32,000 nt of DNA from Candidatus Thorarchaeota archaeon (GTDB lineage: Archaea > Asgardarchaeota > Thorarchaeia > Thorarchaeales > Thorarchaeaceae). The stretch spans positions 480,001 through 512,000 of the forward strand of contig SHMX01000001.1 in NCBI GenBank assembly GCA_008080745.1, read 5' to 3'. The notes below the pieces were generated by a model. That model was not told where the DNA came from and ran no database searches. It saw nothing but the letters and a program-made list of their open reading frames with translations. Positions 8,162 to 17,982 of this stretch are shown here, one piece after another; within the stretch, counting starts at the first letter, position 1, and each line of letters opens with the position of its first letter. The position numbers were made by a program, and so were the translations under genes.

Positions 8162-9064
8162 TTGCGCGCAATCGATGCACACGTTCATACTTGGACTCGA
8201 GAAATCATCTCCCAAAAAGATCTTGATGCTCGCAGGATAGCAGCAGAGAGAACAGGAATAGAACCCCAACTTGATTCCCCAGTGGTTAATCTCAAAGAGG
8301 CTATGAAACAGGCAGGTATTGAACGAGCGGTGATTCTTCCAATCGATAGTGGGCTTAACCAAGATATGCCGCTTACACTCACAGAGAAGACCGATTGGCA
8401 TGCCCAAGAAGTAGAACATGATGACTCCTTGATAACCTTCGTTGGCTTGGATCCAAGAAGGGGCAGAGAGGGCCTTGAGGAACTCAGACGAGCTGTGAAG
8501 GAGAAGAATTGCAAAGGTTGGAAAATATATCCTCCTAATGGATTCTATCCAGACGATGATGACTTCTTCTCATATTATGAACTTGCTTCAGAACTTGAAA
8601 TTCCTATTGTGATTCACCAAGGTTTCACGTCACGATTCAAGCATGTTAAATATGCTCGTCCAATCTATGTTGACAAGGTGGCTGCAGAATTTCCACAATT
8701 AAAGATAGTCTTGGCCCATGTCGGAACGCCATGGGTTTCTGAAGCATTGATGGTTTCTGCTAAGAATCCAAATGTATCTGTAGATGTATCTGGTTGGCAG
8801 GTATTTGCCTCACGTATACCTCACAAACTCTATGAGATGATTGGAGAAGCTAAAATCATGCGGGTTTTTCCAAACCGAATGTTATGGGGTAGTGATTTCC
8901 CCCTTTTTGAGCATGCAATGAGTCTAAAAGATTGGGTCAAGTTCTTTAGCAATATACAATTGCCGGAGGACCTGATCGAGCGTGGATATCCTCAGATAAC
9001 CTCAAAAGAAATAGAATTGGTGATGTGGAAGAATGCTTCGCGAATATTTTTTGGTGGTCAATAA
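8162..9064 (+). CDS. Amidohydrolase_2 family metal-dependent hydrolase
   Basis: IDAHVH, KGWKIYP, PIVIHQG, IVLAHVG, NVSVDVS, MLWGSDFP. TTG start. Confidence 0.9.
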   Translation: MRAIDAHVHTWTREIISQKDLDARRIAAERTGIEPQLDSPVVNLKEAMKQAGIERAVILPIDSGLNQDMPLTLTEKTDWHAQEVEHDDSLITFVGLDPRRGREGLEELRRAVKEKNCKGWKIYPPNGFYPDDDDFFSYYELASELEIPIVIHQGFTSRFKHVKYARPIYVDKVAAEFPQLKIVLAHVGTPWVSEALMVSAKNPNVSVDVSGWQVFASRIPHKLYEMIGEAKIMRVFPNRMLWGSDFPLFEHAMSLKDWVKFFSNIQLPEDLIERGYPQITSKEIELVMWKNASRIFFGGQ

Positions 9065-9555
9065 TGAGATTCGTAGTTGATGCAATGTTAGGAAAGGTTG
9101 CAATTTGGCTTCGATTAGCAGGTTACGACACACTTTACTCTGGAACATTAGACGATGATGATGCATTAGTAATTTCAGCTGAAGAAGACCGCATACTATT
9201 GACAGCTGATGAGGAGCTGCATCAACGAGCAGTAGAGAGAGACCTACCTACAATGCTAGTGAGAGGCTCTGTAGATGAAAAAGTAGCCGCAGTCTTTCAT
9301 AAATTCCAGATATCAGCCATCATAGATCCATCAAAAGCAAGATGTTCCAAATGCAATGGAAAACTTCGCAGGATAAATACCGAACAAAAGGAAGAGATTC
9401 GTGATCTGGTGCATGAAAATACCTACGAATGTTATGATACATTTTGGTTATGTGGTGATTGTCATAGTGTCTTCTTTCAAGGAGGATACTGGGAAAATAT
9501 CCGAAAATATATGCACCGAATTACATCTATGATAGAAAAACTGTCAAAGCCCTAA
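9064..9555 (+). CDS. Mut7-C RNase domain protein (PIN-like fold plus Zn ribbon)
   Basis: MRFVVDAMLGKVAIWLRLAGYDT, RILLTAD, RCSKCNG, FWLCGDC. The ATG at 9064 overlaps the upstream TAA (TAATG), so it is preferred over 9025. Confidence 0.92.
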   Translation: MRFVVDAMLGKVAIWLRLAGYDTLYSGTLDDDDALVISAEEDRILLTADEELHQRAVERDLPTMLVRGSVDEKVAAVFHKFQISAIIDPSKARCSKCNGKLRRINTEQKEEIRDLVHENTYECYDTFWLCGDCHSVFFQGGYWENIRKYMHRITSMIEKLSKP

Positions 9556-10017
9556 CTAATCAGCTTCTGAAACCGTATCAATTTTGATATCGTATTCAAT
9601 GGGAATACAATCTTTTGTAGAACGAGTCAATGGACAATATTTCTTTGCTTGTTCGATGCATCGCTCTCCCAGATATAGATCATCCTCTGGAACAACAACT
9701 TCACCAGTGATCTCGAATTTAGATACGGAATAACCCGAACCATCAAATTGTACAAGCAGTTTTCCCTGCAACTTGAAGGATACAAGCTCCAAATTCGCCA
9801 TTCGTTGGATATCGAGAAACGTATTGTTGATACAGCCCAAAACACCAGCGATGAATAAACGATATGGGCAGAGACCTTGTTCCCTGCCACCGTAGATCTC
9901 TGGGGTATCAAAGACTAATTCACCATTTCGAAGGAATGCAGTTCCACCAGTCTTGCCATCCCACTCTGTGTGTGCGATGTACTCCATTTTTTCAGGATAC
10001 TTGGACTTCACCTTCAT
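9556..10017 (-). CDS. OsmC/Ohr family protein
   Basis: FDTPEIYGG...P..L...VLGC and KYCPLT cysteine pair. Start uncertain (10017 chosen; 9987 or 10062 possible). Confidence 0.85.
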   Translation of the reverse strand: MKVKSKYPEKMEYIAHTEWDGKTGGTAFLRNGELVFDTPEIYGGREQGLCPYRLFIAGVLGCINNTFLDIQRMANLELVSFKLQGKLLVQFDGSGYSVSKFEITGEVVVPEDDLYLGERCIEQAKKYCPLTRSTKDCIPIEYDIKIDTVSEAD

Positions 10018-10123
10018 GATATGGTCCTCGAATGGAAATTTCGTCCTGCGGAGCATAAGCATTGTGGTAAAGCCCAGTACTCAGTAAGTCATTTAAATCA
10101 GAGAGGGGGAGCATATATCCTGT

Positions 10124-11176
10124 GTGAAGACTATGGGTCGGCGTATGAAAGCTGCGATGTTTCACGATATAGGAGACGTCCGATACGAAGAAACTGACAT
10201 CCCTGAGATAGGAAGAGGAGAAATTCTCATCCGTGTCGGAAAGGCACTGACATGTGGCACCGATGTTAAAACATTCAAGAGGGGGCATCCTCTTTTACTA
10301 AGAAATCCACCAGCATTATTCGGACACGAGTATGCAGGTACCATTGAGGAAGTAGGAGGGGAAGTCAGACAGTTCGAACCAGGAATGAGAGTTGTTGCTA
10401 CGAACTCTGCACCCTGTGGGAGCTGCTTTTTCTGTAAGAGAAATAGACCAAACCTATGTCAACAGCTAAAAACAACTTTTGTCAATGGAGCATTCGCAGA
10501 GTACATTCGTGTTCCTGAGGCCGTAGTCAGATGGAACACCCATCAAATACCAGACTCCCTAGCATTTGAAGAGGCAGCACTAACAGAACCCCTCGCCTGT
10601 GTTGTTCATGGAATTGAAGAAGCAGAAATAGAATTGGGAGATACCGTTGCAATCATCGGAGCTGGACCAATCGGACAGATGTTAATCATGTTGGCAAAGA
10701 AACGGGGAGCTTCAACAGTGATATCATCGGACCCTGCAGAATTAAGAAGAAAGATGGCCAAAAAAGCAGGCGCTGACATAGTGATAGATCCTACTGAAAT
10801 CAGCCCGATTGAAAAGATTAAGGAAGAAACATCCGGACATGGCGCAGATGTAGTAATAGAAGCTGTTGGCCTTCCAGCCACCTGGGAACAGGCGGTTCAA
10901 ATGACAAGAGATGCAGGTATGACTGTTTTATTTGGTGGGGCAGCTTCTGGTACCACATTCGAACTTGATACAGTTCGTTTCCACTATGGCCAGCTTACTA
11001 TAAAGGGCGTATTCCATCTCACACCAAAACATGTTGAACAAGCTCTTAATCTCATAATATCGGGAGATATCAAACCCGAAGTATTGATAACTCATGAAAT
11101 GCCACTTCACAAAATCACCGAGGCCATCGAGCTAATGGCATCTGGCAAGAGTATGAAGGTGGCAATAACACCTTGA
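10124..11176 (+). CDS. Zinc-dependent medium-chain alcohol/polyol dehydrogenase
   Basis: TCGTD, GHEYAG, structural Zn CGSCFFC...NLC, EPLAC, GAGPIG. Confidence 0.93.
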   Translation: MKTMGRRMKAAMFHDIGDVRYEETDIPEIGRGEILIRVGKALTCGTDVKTFKRGHPLLLRNPPALFGHEYAGTIEEVGGEVRQFEPGMRVVATNSAPCGSCFFCKRNRPNLCQQLKTTFVNGAFAEYIRVPEAVVRWNTHQIPDSLAFEEAALTEPLACVVHGIEEAEIELGDTVAIIGAGPIGQMLIMLAKKRGASTVISSDPAELRRKMAKKAGADIVIDPTEISPIEKIKEETSGHGADVVIEAVGLPATWEQAVQMTRDAGMTVLFGGAASGTTFELDTVRFHYGQLTIKGVFHLTPKHVEQALNLIISGDIKPEVLITHEMPLHKITEAIELMASGKSMKVAITP

Positions 11177-12036
11177 TGTTTCGAAAAGACAGAAAACTAC
11201 GCGATAATGAGAGAGAACTTGTCAAACTTTTTGCCGAGCTCGATAAAAAATACGGCAGACCAATTATAGTTGTTGAAGGAAAAAGAGATGAAAGAATTCT
11301 AAGGGACCTCGGCGTGCAGAGTCCAATTATTCGAACACAAGGGGCTATATCAAGACATGAATTGATAGAAAAGATTGCATATGCATCATCAGAGAAACCA
11401 GTTCTTATACTGACGGATTTTGATCAGGAGGGTGTAGAAATTTGTAACTTATTGGTGAAATCTCTTGAAACAAGAGGAGTTAGAATTCTTCGAAGATTAC
11501 GTTTGAAAATCAGAAAGTTGATGGCGACATTAAGATGTATTGAAGAGTTGGTATTTCTTCTGAAACAAAAGGATTCGCCCATACCAGGATCTCCAGATAC
11601 CGTCCCAACTCGGTTGATTGAGAGACCCGCCTTAGATATAATCCAAACTGTCGAAACATCAAACGATCTTCAAAAAATCATTCTTAACTATCTAGCATTT
11701 TTGAAACAAGAATACATATCCTATCAGGAGCAAGAGAAAAGCCTTCTCTACAAGGGGCTTAGAAAAATACTTGAACTTCTAGTTTTTGATCAACACCAAT
11801 ATTCCTCCGATGTAACCAAACAAATTCTGGATAAGAACATCTACAATTATATTCTACCGGAGGATGTGTATTATCTTGAGGGATGGGAGGTTATCATTGA
11901 CGAGTTAAGAAATTTCGACATCGAAAAACATGTTTTTCTTGAGAATATTGTACCAGAGAGATTCCTTGATTCAGAGGGTTGGTATGGAATTAGGATTATG
12001 CGAGCACTTGGATATGAAATAATTGAACGGGGGTAA
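11173..12036 (+). CDS. Toprim-domain (small primase-like/RNase M5-like) protein with an unrecognised ~145-aa C-terminal extension
   Basis: IIVVEGKRDERIL and VLILTDFDQEG Toprim motifs. TTGA overlap with the upstream stop. Confidence 0.85.
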   Translation: MMFRKDRKLRDNERELVKLFAELDKKYGRPIIVVEGKRDERILRDLGVQSPIIRTQGAISRHELIEKIAYASSEKPVLILTDFDQEGVEICNLLVKSLETRGVRILRRLRLKIRKLMATLRCIEELVFLLKQKDSPIPGSPDTVPTRLIERPALDIIQTVETSNDLQKIILNYLAFLKQEYISYQEQEKSLLYKGLRKILELLVFDQHQYSSDVTKQILDKNIYNYILPEDVYYLEGWEVIIDELRNFDIEKHVFLENIVPERFLDSEGWYGIRIMRALGYEIIERG

Positions 12037-12050
12037 TTGAGTAAATTGGT

Positions 12051-13868
12051 TTACTCGTCTGATTTTCTTTCAAGATTGTTGGGTGTTGCTATGTCATACA
12101 TTCGAAAGAGTCTCTCCATTAGTAACATAGCAGGTAGAGAGAATAAGAGCAGATAGGTTCCAATTCCAATATCAATAATAAGATTAGCACTAAAGATGGA
12201 GAAATAGCCATAAAACAACGTCAATAAAACCACAAATACGAGCATCAATGGAATCCAAATTAGAACTGTCAATCGCAAGGGAAGTTGATGCCTGAAAGCT
12301 GATAGTGCATATATGAAAGATATAGCAATCACGATGCTTGGAATAAACCATCCATCCATACCAAAGATATTACCATATTGTTCAATAAAAGTGAGCATGG
12401 ATACCTGTGTTCTTCCGGAGATATCAAAAAATGGTAGGACAAAACCACCAATGATCATGAATAAGCCGACATGAATGGGAATTTCTCTGATGACCCGTTT
12501 CTTTGTTGGACGCCAAGTTCCAATAGCTATGATAATCGAGAGTCCACCAAAGGAGAGAAGTAATGCTACGGGAATAATCATAGAACCTGCAAGACCAGAA
12601 ATCATAGAAGACGTATAGAGTATGTTGTTTGTGTCGTCAGCTGAAACAAAGAAGAAGACCCGGCCTAATTCTACAGGTAATATCAAGGATTGATAGCCAT
12701 AAGATGTCTTGGTCATATTCTGTCTAACCCAGATTGATCCAGGTACACTGGACCTCCACCATAATGAGAGAGGGGCATCCGTCGTCGTTGAAACCTTTAC
12801 ATCCAAGACAACACCATTGAATGTGATATTCTGAGTAAATGACACATCCAGCGAAGGAAATGGCTCAAATTCCAAGAAGGTGTTCGTTAACCATTCTACG
12901 ATAGTTGAAGTCCATAAGTCAGTGACAAGATGATTCCAGCTTGGTTGGATTCGGAGGGTGATGGGAGCAGAAATGGCCTGAATTGTATCTCTGAAAGAGG
13001 CAAACGGGAAATACTGATCATCGGTCCCACACATAAAGAGAACGGGTTCAGTTAACTGACGAGCATATGGTAGAGGGTCAAACCATTTGACAATTTGTTC
13101 CATCTCTTCAGAGCCGATATCATATTCAGGGACAATAACGGTATTCAAAACAGAACCCATCAGAATACTGTTCCTGAAATTACCTGCAGCTATCATAGGT
13201 ATAGAGCCATCAACTCGATCATCAATAGCGGATAAAATCATGGTTTCTATAGACCCCATGGATACACCACCGACAATCGTGAAATCACTAGCAACATAAG
13301 GTAAGGTTTCAATGAATGTGACCGCTCGGGCTGCTGCCCATACTGAATGATACAAATGAGCACTTTCAGGACCATCTGATACATTGAAAAAAGTGAAGGG
13401 ATTCAGTGCGGGACCAGTAGAATCACCCGACCCAGGTGCATCTGTACCCATAACAACAATGCCGGATGCAGCTATGGTGCGCATGATTTCAAGATAGTCT
13501 GTATATTGACCGTGATAACCGTGAAGAAAAAGTAAGCATGGTAACGATGAAGATGTATTTGATGGTCTTATTATTATTGAATTGATTCGAATGTCAATCC
13601 CATAGTATTTCTCGCTATAATAACTAAATCGCCACTCGATTATTGACGTATCTAGGTAGGTTGATGTCCTGTTGGATATATTGTCAATTTGAAGGGGGTC
13701 AACTGCCACATCTGATAAATCCCAGAAATCTGTATCAAATTCATCCGGGGAGGGAGGTTCCGATAATGTTGAAGGATATTGAAAGAATACCGCAAGTAAT
13801 ACAGACGTCAAACTGCTTGTCAGGATAGTTATGAGTAGGATTGTGAATAGAGCAATCTGACGATTCAT
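12051..13868 (-). CDS. Membrane-anchored alpha/beta hydrolase (acetyl-xylan-esterase-like) with N-terminal anchor and several C-terminal TM helices
   Basis: FLHGYHG, nucleophile elbow GVSMG, GTDDQYF, WNHL. Hydrophobic N-terminus from Met at 13868, chosen to avoid overlap with the upstream gene. Confidence 0.85.
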   Translation of the reverse strand: MNRQIALFTILLITILTSSLTSVLLAVFFQYPSTLSEPPSPDEFDTDFWDLSDVAVDPLQIDNISNRTSTYLDTSIIEWRFSYYSEKYYGIDIRINSIIIRPSNTSSSLPCLLFLHGYHGQYTDYLEIMRTIAASGIVVMGTDAPGSGDSTGPALNPFTFFNVSDGPESAHLYHSVWAAARAVTFIETLPYVASDFTIVGGVSMGSIETMILSAIDDRVDGSIPMIAAGNFRNSILMGSVLNTVIVPEYDIGSEEMEQIVKWFDPLPYARQLTEPVLFMCGTDDQYFPFASFRDTIQAISAPITLRIQPSWNHLVTDLWTSTIVEWLTNTFLEFEPFPSLDVSFTQNITFNGVVLDVKVSTTTDAPLSLWWRSSVPGSIWVRQNMTKTSYGYQSLILPVELGRVFFFVSADDTNNILYTSSMISGLAGSMIIPVALLLSFGGLSIIIAIGTWRPTKKRVIREIPIHVGLFMIIGGFVLPFFDISGRTQVSMLTFIEQYGNIFGMDGWFIPSIVIAISFIYALSAFRHQLPLRLTVLIWIPLMLVFVVLLTLFYGYFSIFSANLIIDIGIGTYLLLFSLPAMLLMERLFRMYDIATPNNLERKSDE

Positions 13869-13893
13869 ATCTTGTACTCCAACTGTGGTTATA

Positions 13894-14916
13894 TCAGACA
13901 GTACTACCACAATTAGCACAAATGAACTTACCTGCTGGAATCTCTTGTCCACAGACTCGACAGGTCCGTGCTTTCTTTGCAACAGATACCTCTACCTCAT
14001 CTCCAGTACGTGGAATTAGAATGAAACGATCGTCCTCCCAACTGATCTTGAACTCGTCCGGGTTTCCTGCTAGCTCAAGAAGATCAGTAGGCATAGGCAG
14101 ACGGTAGTTATTGTCAAGTCGGATTATTCGAGTTGTATCTAAAGTATCGAGATCGATTCCAGTCTGATGAAATCCTGAGATGATACCGTCTCGAATCTCA
14201 ACGGTGACATCGGCCTTTGATGCGACCTGCTGGCTGTGAGTTACTATAAAGAAAGAGGTTCCAAGAGTTTCATTTAGCTCTTTGAACAGCTCAAGAATAC
14301 GTTCAGCAGTTTCAGGGTCAAGATCTCCTGTAGGCTCATCACAAAGTACAAGTCCCTTGCTCTCTGTATCAATCAGGTTGACAAGAGCACTAGCAATAGC
14401 AATTCTTGAACGTTCTCCACCACTAAGAGTCGTGACTTTGTTACGACGGCGCTCCTCTAGTCCAACAAGTTTAATCAACCTATCAACTCGCTCTTGTCGA
14501 ACCTTTCTGGGAACACCCGCAATTCTAGCAGCTAACTCAACATTCTGCCAAGCATTCAAATGAGGGAGGAGGTTAGCAACCTGAAAAATGAATCCTATGA
14601 AATTTCTTCGTGCCTCAGTCAATACACGCTCACTTATTTTGGTAATGTCTGAACGAAGATTCGCCCAATAGACCTTGCCAACTGTAGCTTTTGTAATGCC
14701 ACCAATTATGTTTGTCAGAGTGGTCTTACCAGATCCAGAAGGCCCTACGACACACATGATTTTGCCCTCTTGAATTTGAAGGGACACACCACTCAATGCA
14801 ACAGTTTCAAGCTCTGCAGTCTTGTAGATTTTGTAGACGTTATCACAGCTTACAACTATATCATCTGCATAATCAGAGTACAGGTCTAGTTCATCACTGA
14901 CTGTCATAGGAGGCAC
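13894..14916 (-). CDS. LolD/MacB-type ABC ATPase with C-terminal AbrB-like and double-CxxC Zn-ribbon domains
   Basis: GPSGSGKTT, GFIFQ, LSGGERSR, LCDEPTGDLD, VTH; then IIRLDNNYRLPMP..LLE..G...F.I....RFILIP and CRVC..CANC. Confidence 0.92.
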   Translation of the reverse strand: MPPMTVSDELDLYSDYADDIVVSCDNVYKIYKTAELETVALSGVSLQIQEGKIMCVVGPSGSGKTTLTNIIGGITKATVGKVYWANLRSDITKISERVLTEARRNFIGFIFQVANLLPHLNAWQNVELAARIAGVPRKVRQERVDRLIKLVGLEERRRNKVTTLSGGERSRIAIASALVNLIDTESKGLVLCDEPTGDLDPETAERILELFKELNETLGTSFFIVTHSQQVASKADVTVEIRDGIISGFHQTGIDLDTLDTTRIIRLDNNYRLPMPTDLLELAGNPDEFKISWEDDRFILIPRTGDEVEVSVAKKARTCRVCGQEIPAGKFICANCGSTV

Positions 14917-15028
14917 ATCATTTCTTGCAGGGTATTCATTAGATAAGGATTGCGAACTGCGCTAAAGATGAGTGTAAAATATGTATGAAGACCTACATTA
15001 GGAGCTAAGAGAGAGGAAAAATATGAAA

Positions 15029-15051
15029 TGAGGAGAGTTCAAATCTCCTCA
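15029..15051 (-). terminator. 8-bp hairpin flanked by U-rich tracts downstream of the second permease
   Basis: Minus strand TTTTTTTGG-TGAGGAGA-tttgaac-TCTCCTCA-TTTCATATTTTT. Confidence 0.55.
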
Positions 15052-15062
15052 CCAAAAAAACT

Positions 15063-17978
15063 CTACAAATTACGTAATGCAGTAGCTGGATTAACTTCAC
15101 CTGCCCTTCGAGCGGGGAAGTAACAGCTTGCTATCATCACAAAGCTCTCCAGAGAGAGGATTATCAACATCATGGTAATGGGATAAGTGAGAACAGCCCC
15201 CAGAACCGGAGAGAAGGGAGAGACACCAAGGGTAAGTATACCCATAACATAACCAAACACTAGACCAAGTATTGCACTAATCGCTATTGAGGCAATCACG
15301 ATACCTGAAAATTCTCCAAACACCATTGAGACAACCTGACTCTTAGTCCCACCAAGTGATCGGAATAATGCATATTCAGATTTCCGCTCCAGAACTGCAG
15401 ACCCCAGAAATAGTGCTAGCGATGCCAGACCCATAATAGCACACATGATAAAGGATACTACAGTCAGACCTTGAATACCGGATAGAAAGAGCTGAATCGA
15501 ATAAGATTCAGATTTGATGTCAAATGTTGTAGGGGTATAGACATCGGTATTCCGCTCCAGATTAAAGGTTTCAACAAGAGGAGTCATATCAGAATAGCAT
15601 GAAACGTCTACTAGAAAGGTTTCAGCACCATCATATCCTCCCGCTTGTGCTATGAAATCCAAATTGACAATGGCAAAGCCGCCATTTCCTGCTTGGAAAC
15701 CAAATTGTGATCCAAAGGTCGGTGCGACAAGCTCATCTGTTGCACCAATACCAAAACCGGGGGCACTTTGAAGAAGACCTATAATCTCAAATTGATAGTA
15801 ACGACTTTCGTCTTCCTCGGCCGCTCCATAATAGACACCAACAGTCTGACCCACCGTCTTATTCCAGAGTTTTGCATGATATTCGCTGATTATTATACCA
15901 TGTTTATTTTCATGCAGTGCTTGAAGTAATTCTTCGGGAGTCCCACTCACGAAGGAATCTTCTCTAAATAATCCAATACGCGAGTAAGGTAACGGATCTA
16001 CTGCCTCTAGAAAGAAGGTATACGAACCAACCATAGACCAAGTTTCAATAACTGGAGTAGCTTCTATTACACCGGGGTACTGTAAGAGTGTTTCATTGAA
16101 ATTGAAGGGCTTGGTACTGCATTCAATCCTGATATCAGCTCCCAGTGAGTATTCCAGCTCATTTTGTAATGTAGATTCAAAAGTTGTTACCTGAATCAAC
16201 ATCATTGTGGTCGTGGTCAAGGTGAGTGTTAGAATAACCAGAAGGGGGATGAATTGGCCCTTTCGCTTTCTAAGACTTTGAGACATGTACAAACTCTTCT
16301 CTCCAAGAAGGAAACTCGTTCCACTAGATACCTTTGCAGTAACCAATCGCATTGCACGAGAGCCAAGATACGCCGCCAGAAACAATACAAGAGTAGCTAC
16401 CAATATCTCCATAATTGCAAAGCCACCCACTGGTGCTATTATCTCCGGAACAATGACGAGAGCAGCAAGTACGATAGCCAGGCTTACGGTATATTTCCAT
16501 AGACTCGCGTCTTCTGCACCCTCTTCAGCATTCATTGCAGCGGGTTGACCGACTTCAGAAACATCAATTCTCCGTGCCACATGTAATAGATATGCAGATG
16601 GAAGATACATCGCAATTGCTCCTGCAATTATCAATGCAACGGGATTAATGGTTATTGAAGATAGAAATCGAGTGAAAACTGCAGAATCAAACATAAACAG
16701 ACCAACGGATGATGCAATCATAGGTGCCATCAAAATCGATAGGCCCATGGCTATTACAAAACCGAAGACACATAGAAACAATGATTCCCACATGAAAGTG
16801 GAGAATATCTGATTGAAGGATGCACCTTTTGAACGGAGAGCACTAATCTCGCCCTTTCTTCTTGAAACCGATGTTTCGGAAGTGAATAAAGTTAGCATTA
16901 GGCTCATAATCATAATGGGGAAGACCACAACCGTGAGTACCCTACTAGCAACAAATGTCCGTATTGTGCTCTCCAGCTCCCAAATATAACGCAAACCTTT
17001 GACATCAACATCCTGAAACTGTTCCAGAATACTTTCCTGAAAGTATTCCAGATTGGGCACTAGTCGATCCGTTCCCATTGAGATAAGTCTTGGTAGAGAG
17101 GCTCGCATGAAGAGAAATCCACCAAAACCATGAGCAATAATCTCTCCAACATCGCCCTCCTGCATTGCATCTTCGCTTATTATAACCGAGTCAGCTAGTC
17201 CTAATACCGGAGAAGCAAATCCAAATGGATCCCAGTTCTTCCTTAGTATGGATGTCATCACCTGAGCACTGATTGTTCCGGAATCTTTTGCCTCATAGAT
17301 TCCCATTACTGTGAGATTTGTTAAAGACCTTGCATTTAGTTGAGTTGCAGTCCATGATAAACCTGGATCAGGCATTCGTTTGATAACATCCATTGAAATA
17401 ACGCTGCCAACCTCAATCGTAATGCCATGTACTTGTCGAGTATAGGAGCAGAATTGTTCGGATACCAGAACTTCATCGGGTAACAAAGCAGTAAAGTTGC
17501 CTTCGTAATCAAATTCTCGAGCCCATGTTTCAATGAAATTGTTATCTGCAATTATAACGCGCATGTCTTTTATGCCATGAATATAGTTTAATCCTATCAT
17601 ATTATATGGAGTATAATCTGGCAATGATTCTCCAGTCAAGACACCAATTGTGCTAGATACTCGCGAGGAGAATTCTAGAAAATTAGTGCTATCAACATAT
17701 TCCTGCACATCCGGCATGTCTGCTGATTGATACGAATTATATCCATCAGGATATGCAACATATTGGAAAGCAACATCATCAAAATAATCTTCGACGACAA
17801 GACGAGTTCCAGTATCACTCCAGACAAATACTGTTGTCGGTAATGCAATACCTATTGCCAAGATGATTGCAATACCAGCATTTCGAACTGGATAGTTTTT
17901 CAGAGAGCTCAGTGCGTATCCTAAGGACCACCAGCGGTTTCCTTTGAGCATCTTCGGTCGTTGTGTCAATGATATCAA
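15063..17978 (-). CDS. FtsX/MacB-family ABC permease (two FtsX units, large extracytoplasmic domains)
   Basis: RRKGEISALRSKGAS and ERKSEYALFRSLGGT coupling motifs, GADIRI, C-terminal PARRAGEVNPATALR, multiple TM segments. Confidence 0.92.
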   Translation of the reverse strand: MISLTQRPKMLKGNRWWSLGYALSSLKNYPVRNAGIAIILAIGIALPTTVFVWSDTGTRLVVEDYFDDVAFQYVAYPDGYNSYQSADMPDVQEYVDSTNFLEFSSRVSSTIGVLTGESLPDYTPYNMIGLNYIHGIKDMRVIIADNNFIETWAREFDYEGNFTALLPDEVLVSEQFCSYTRQVHGITIEVGSVISMDVIKRMPDPGLSWTATQLNARSLTNLTVMGIYEAKDSGTISAQVMTSILRKNWDPFGFASPVLGLADSVIISEDAMQEGDVGEIIAHGFGGFLFMRASLPRLISMGTDRLVPNLEYFQESILEQFQDVDVKGLRYIWELESTIRTFVASRVLTVVVFPIMIMSLMLTLFTSETSVSRRKGEISALRSKGASFNQIFSTFMWESLFLCVFGFVIAMGLSILMAPMIASSVGLFMFDSAVFTRFLSSITINPVALIIAGAIAMYLPSAYLLHVARRIDVSEVGQPAAMNAEEGAEDASLWKYTVSLAIVLAALVIVPEIIAPVGGFAIMEILVATLVLFLAAYLGSRAMRLVTAKVSSGTSFLLGEKSLYMSQSLRKRKGQFIPLLVILTLTLTTTTMMLIQVTTFESTLQNELEYSLGADIRIECSTKPFNFNETLLQYPGVIEATPVIETWSMVGSYTFFLEAVDPLPYSRIGLFREDSFVSGTPEELLQALHENKHGIIISEYHAKLWNKTVGQTVGVYYGAAEEDESRYYQFEIIGLLQSAPGFGIGATDELVAPTFGSQFGFQAGNGGFAIVNLDFIAQAGGYDGAETFLVDVSCYSDMTPLVETFNLERNTDVYTPTTFDIKSESYSIQLFLSGIQGLTVVSFIMCAIMGLASLALFLGSAVLERKSEYALFRSLGGTKSQVVSMVFGEFSGIVIASIAISAILGLVFGYVMGILTLGVSPFSPVLGAVLTYPITMMLIILSLESFVMIASCYFPARRAGEVNPATALRNL

Positions 17979-17982
17979 GTCC

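Noticed and set aside
15029-15054. GAGAGTTCAAATCTCCTCACCA resembles a tRNA T-arm ending in CCA
   Set aside because: There is no room for an acceptor strand and no upstream D or anticodon arms. It is better explained as a terminator hairpin on the minus strand.
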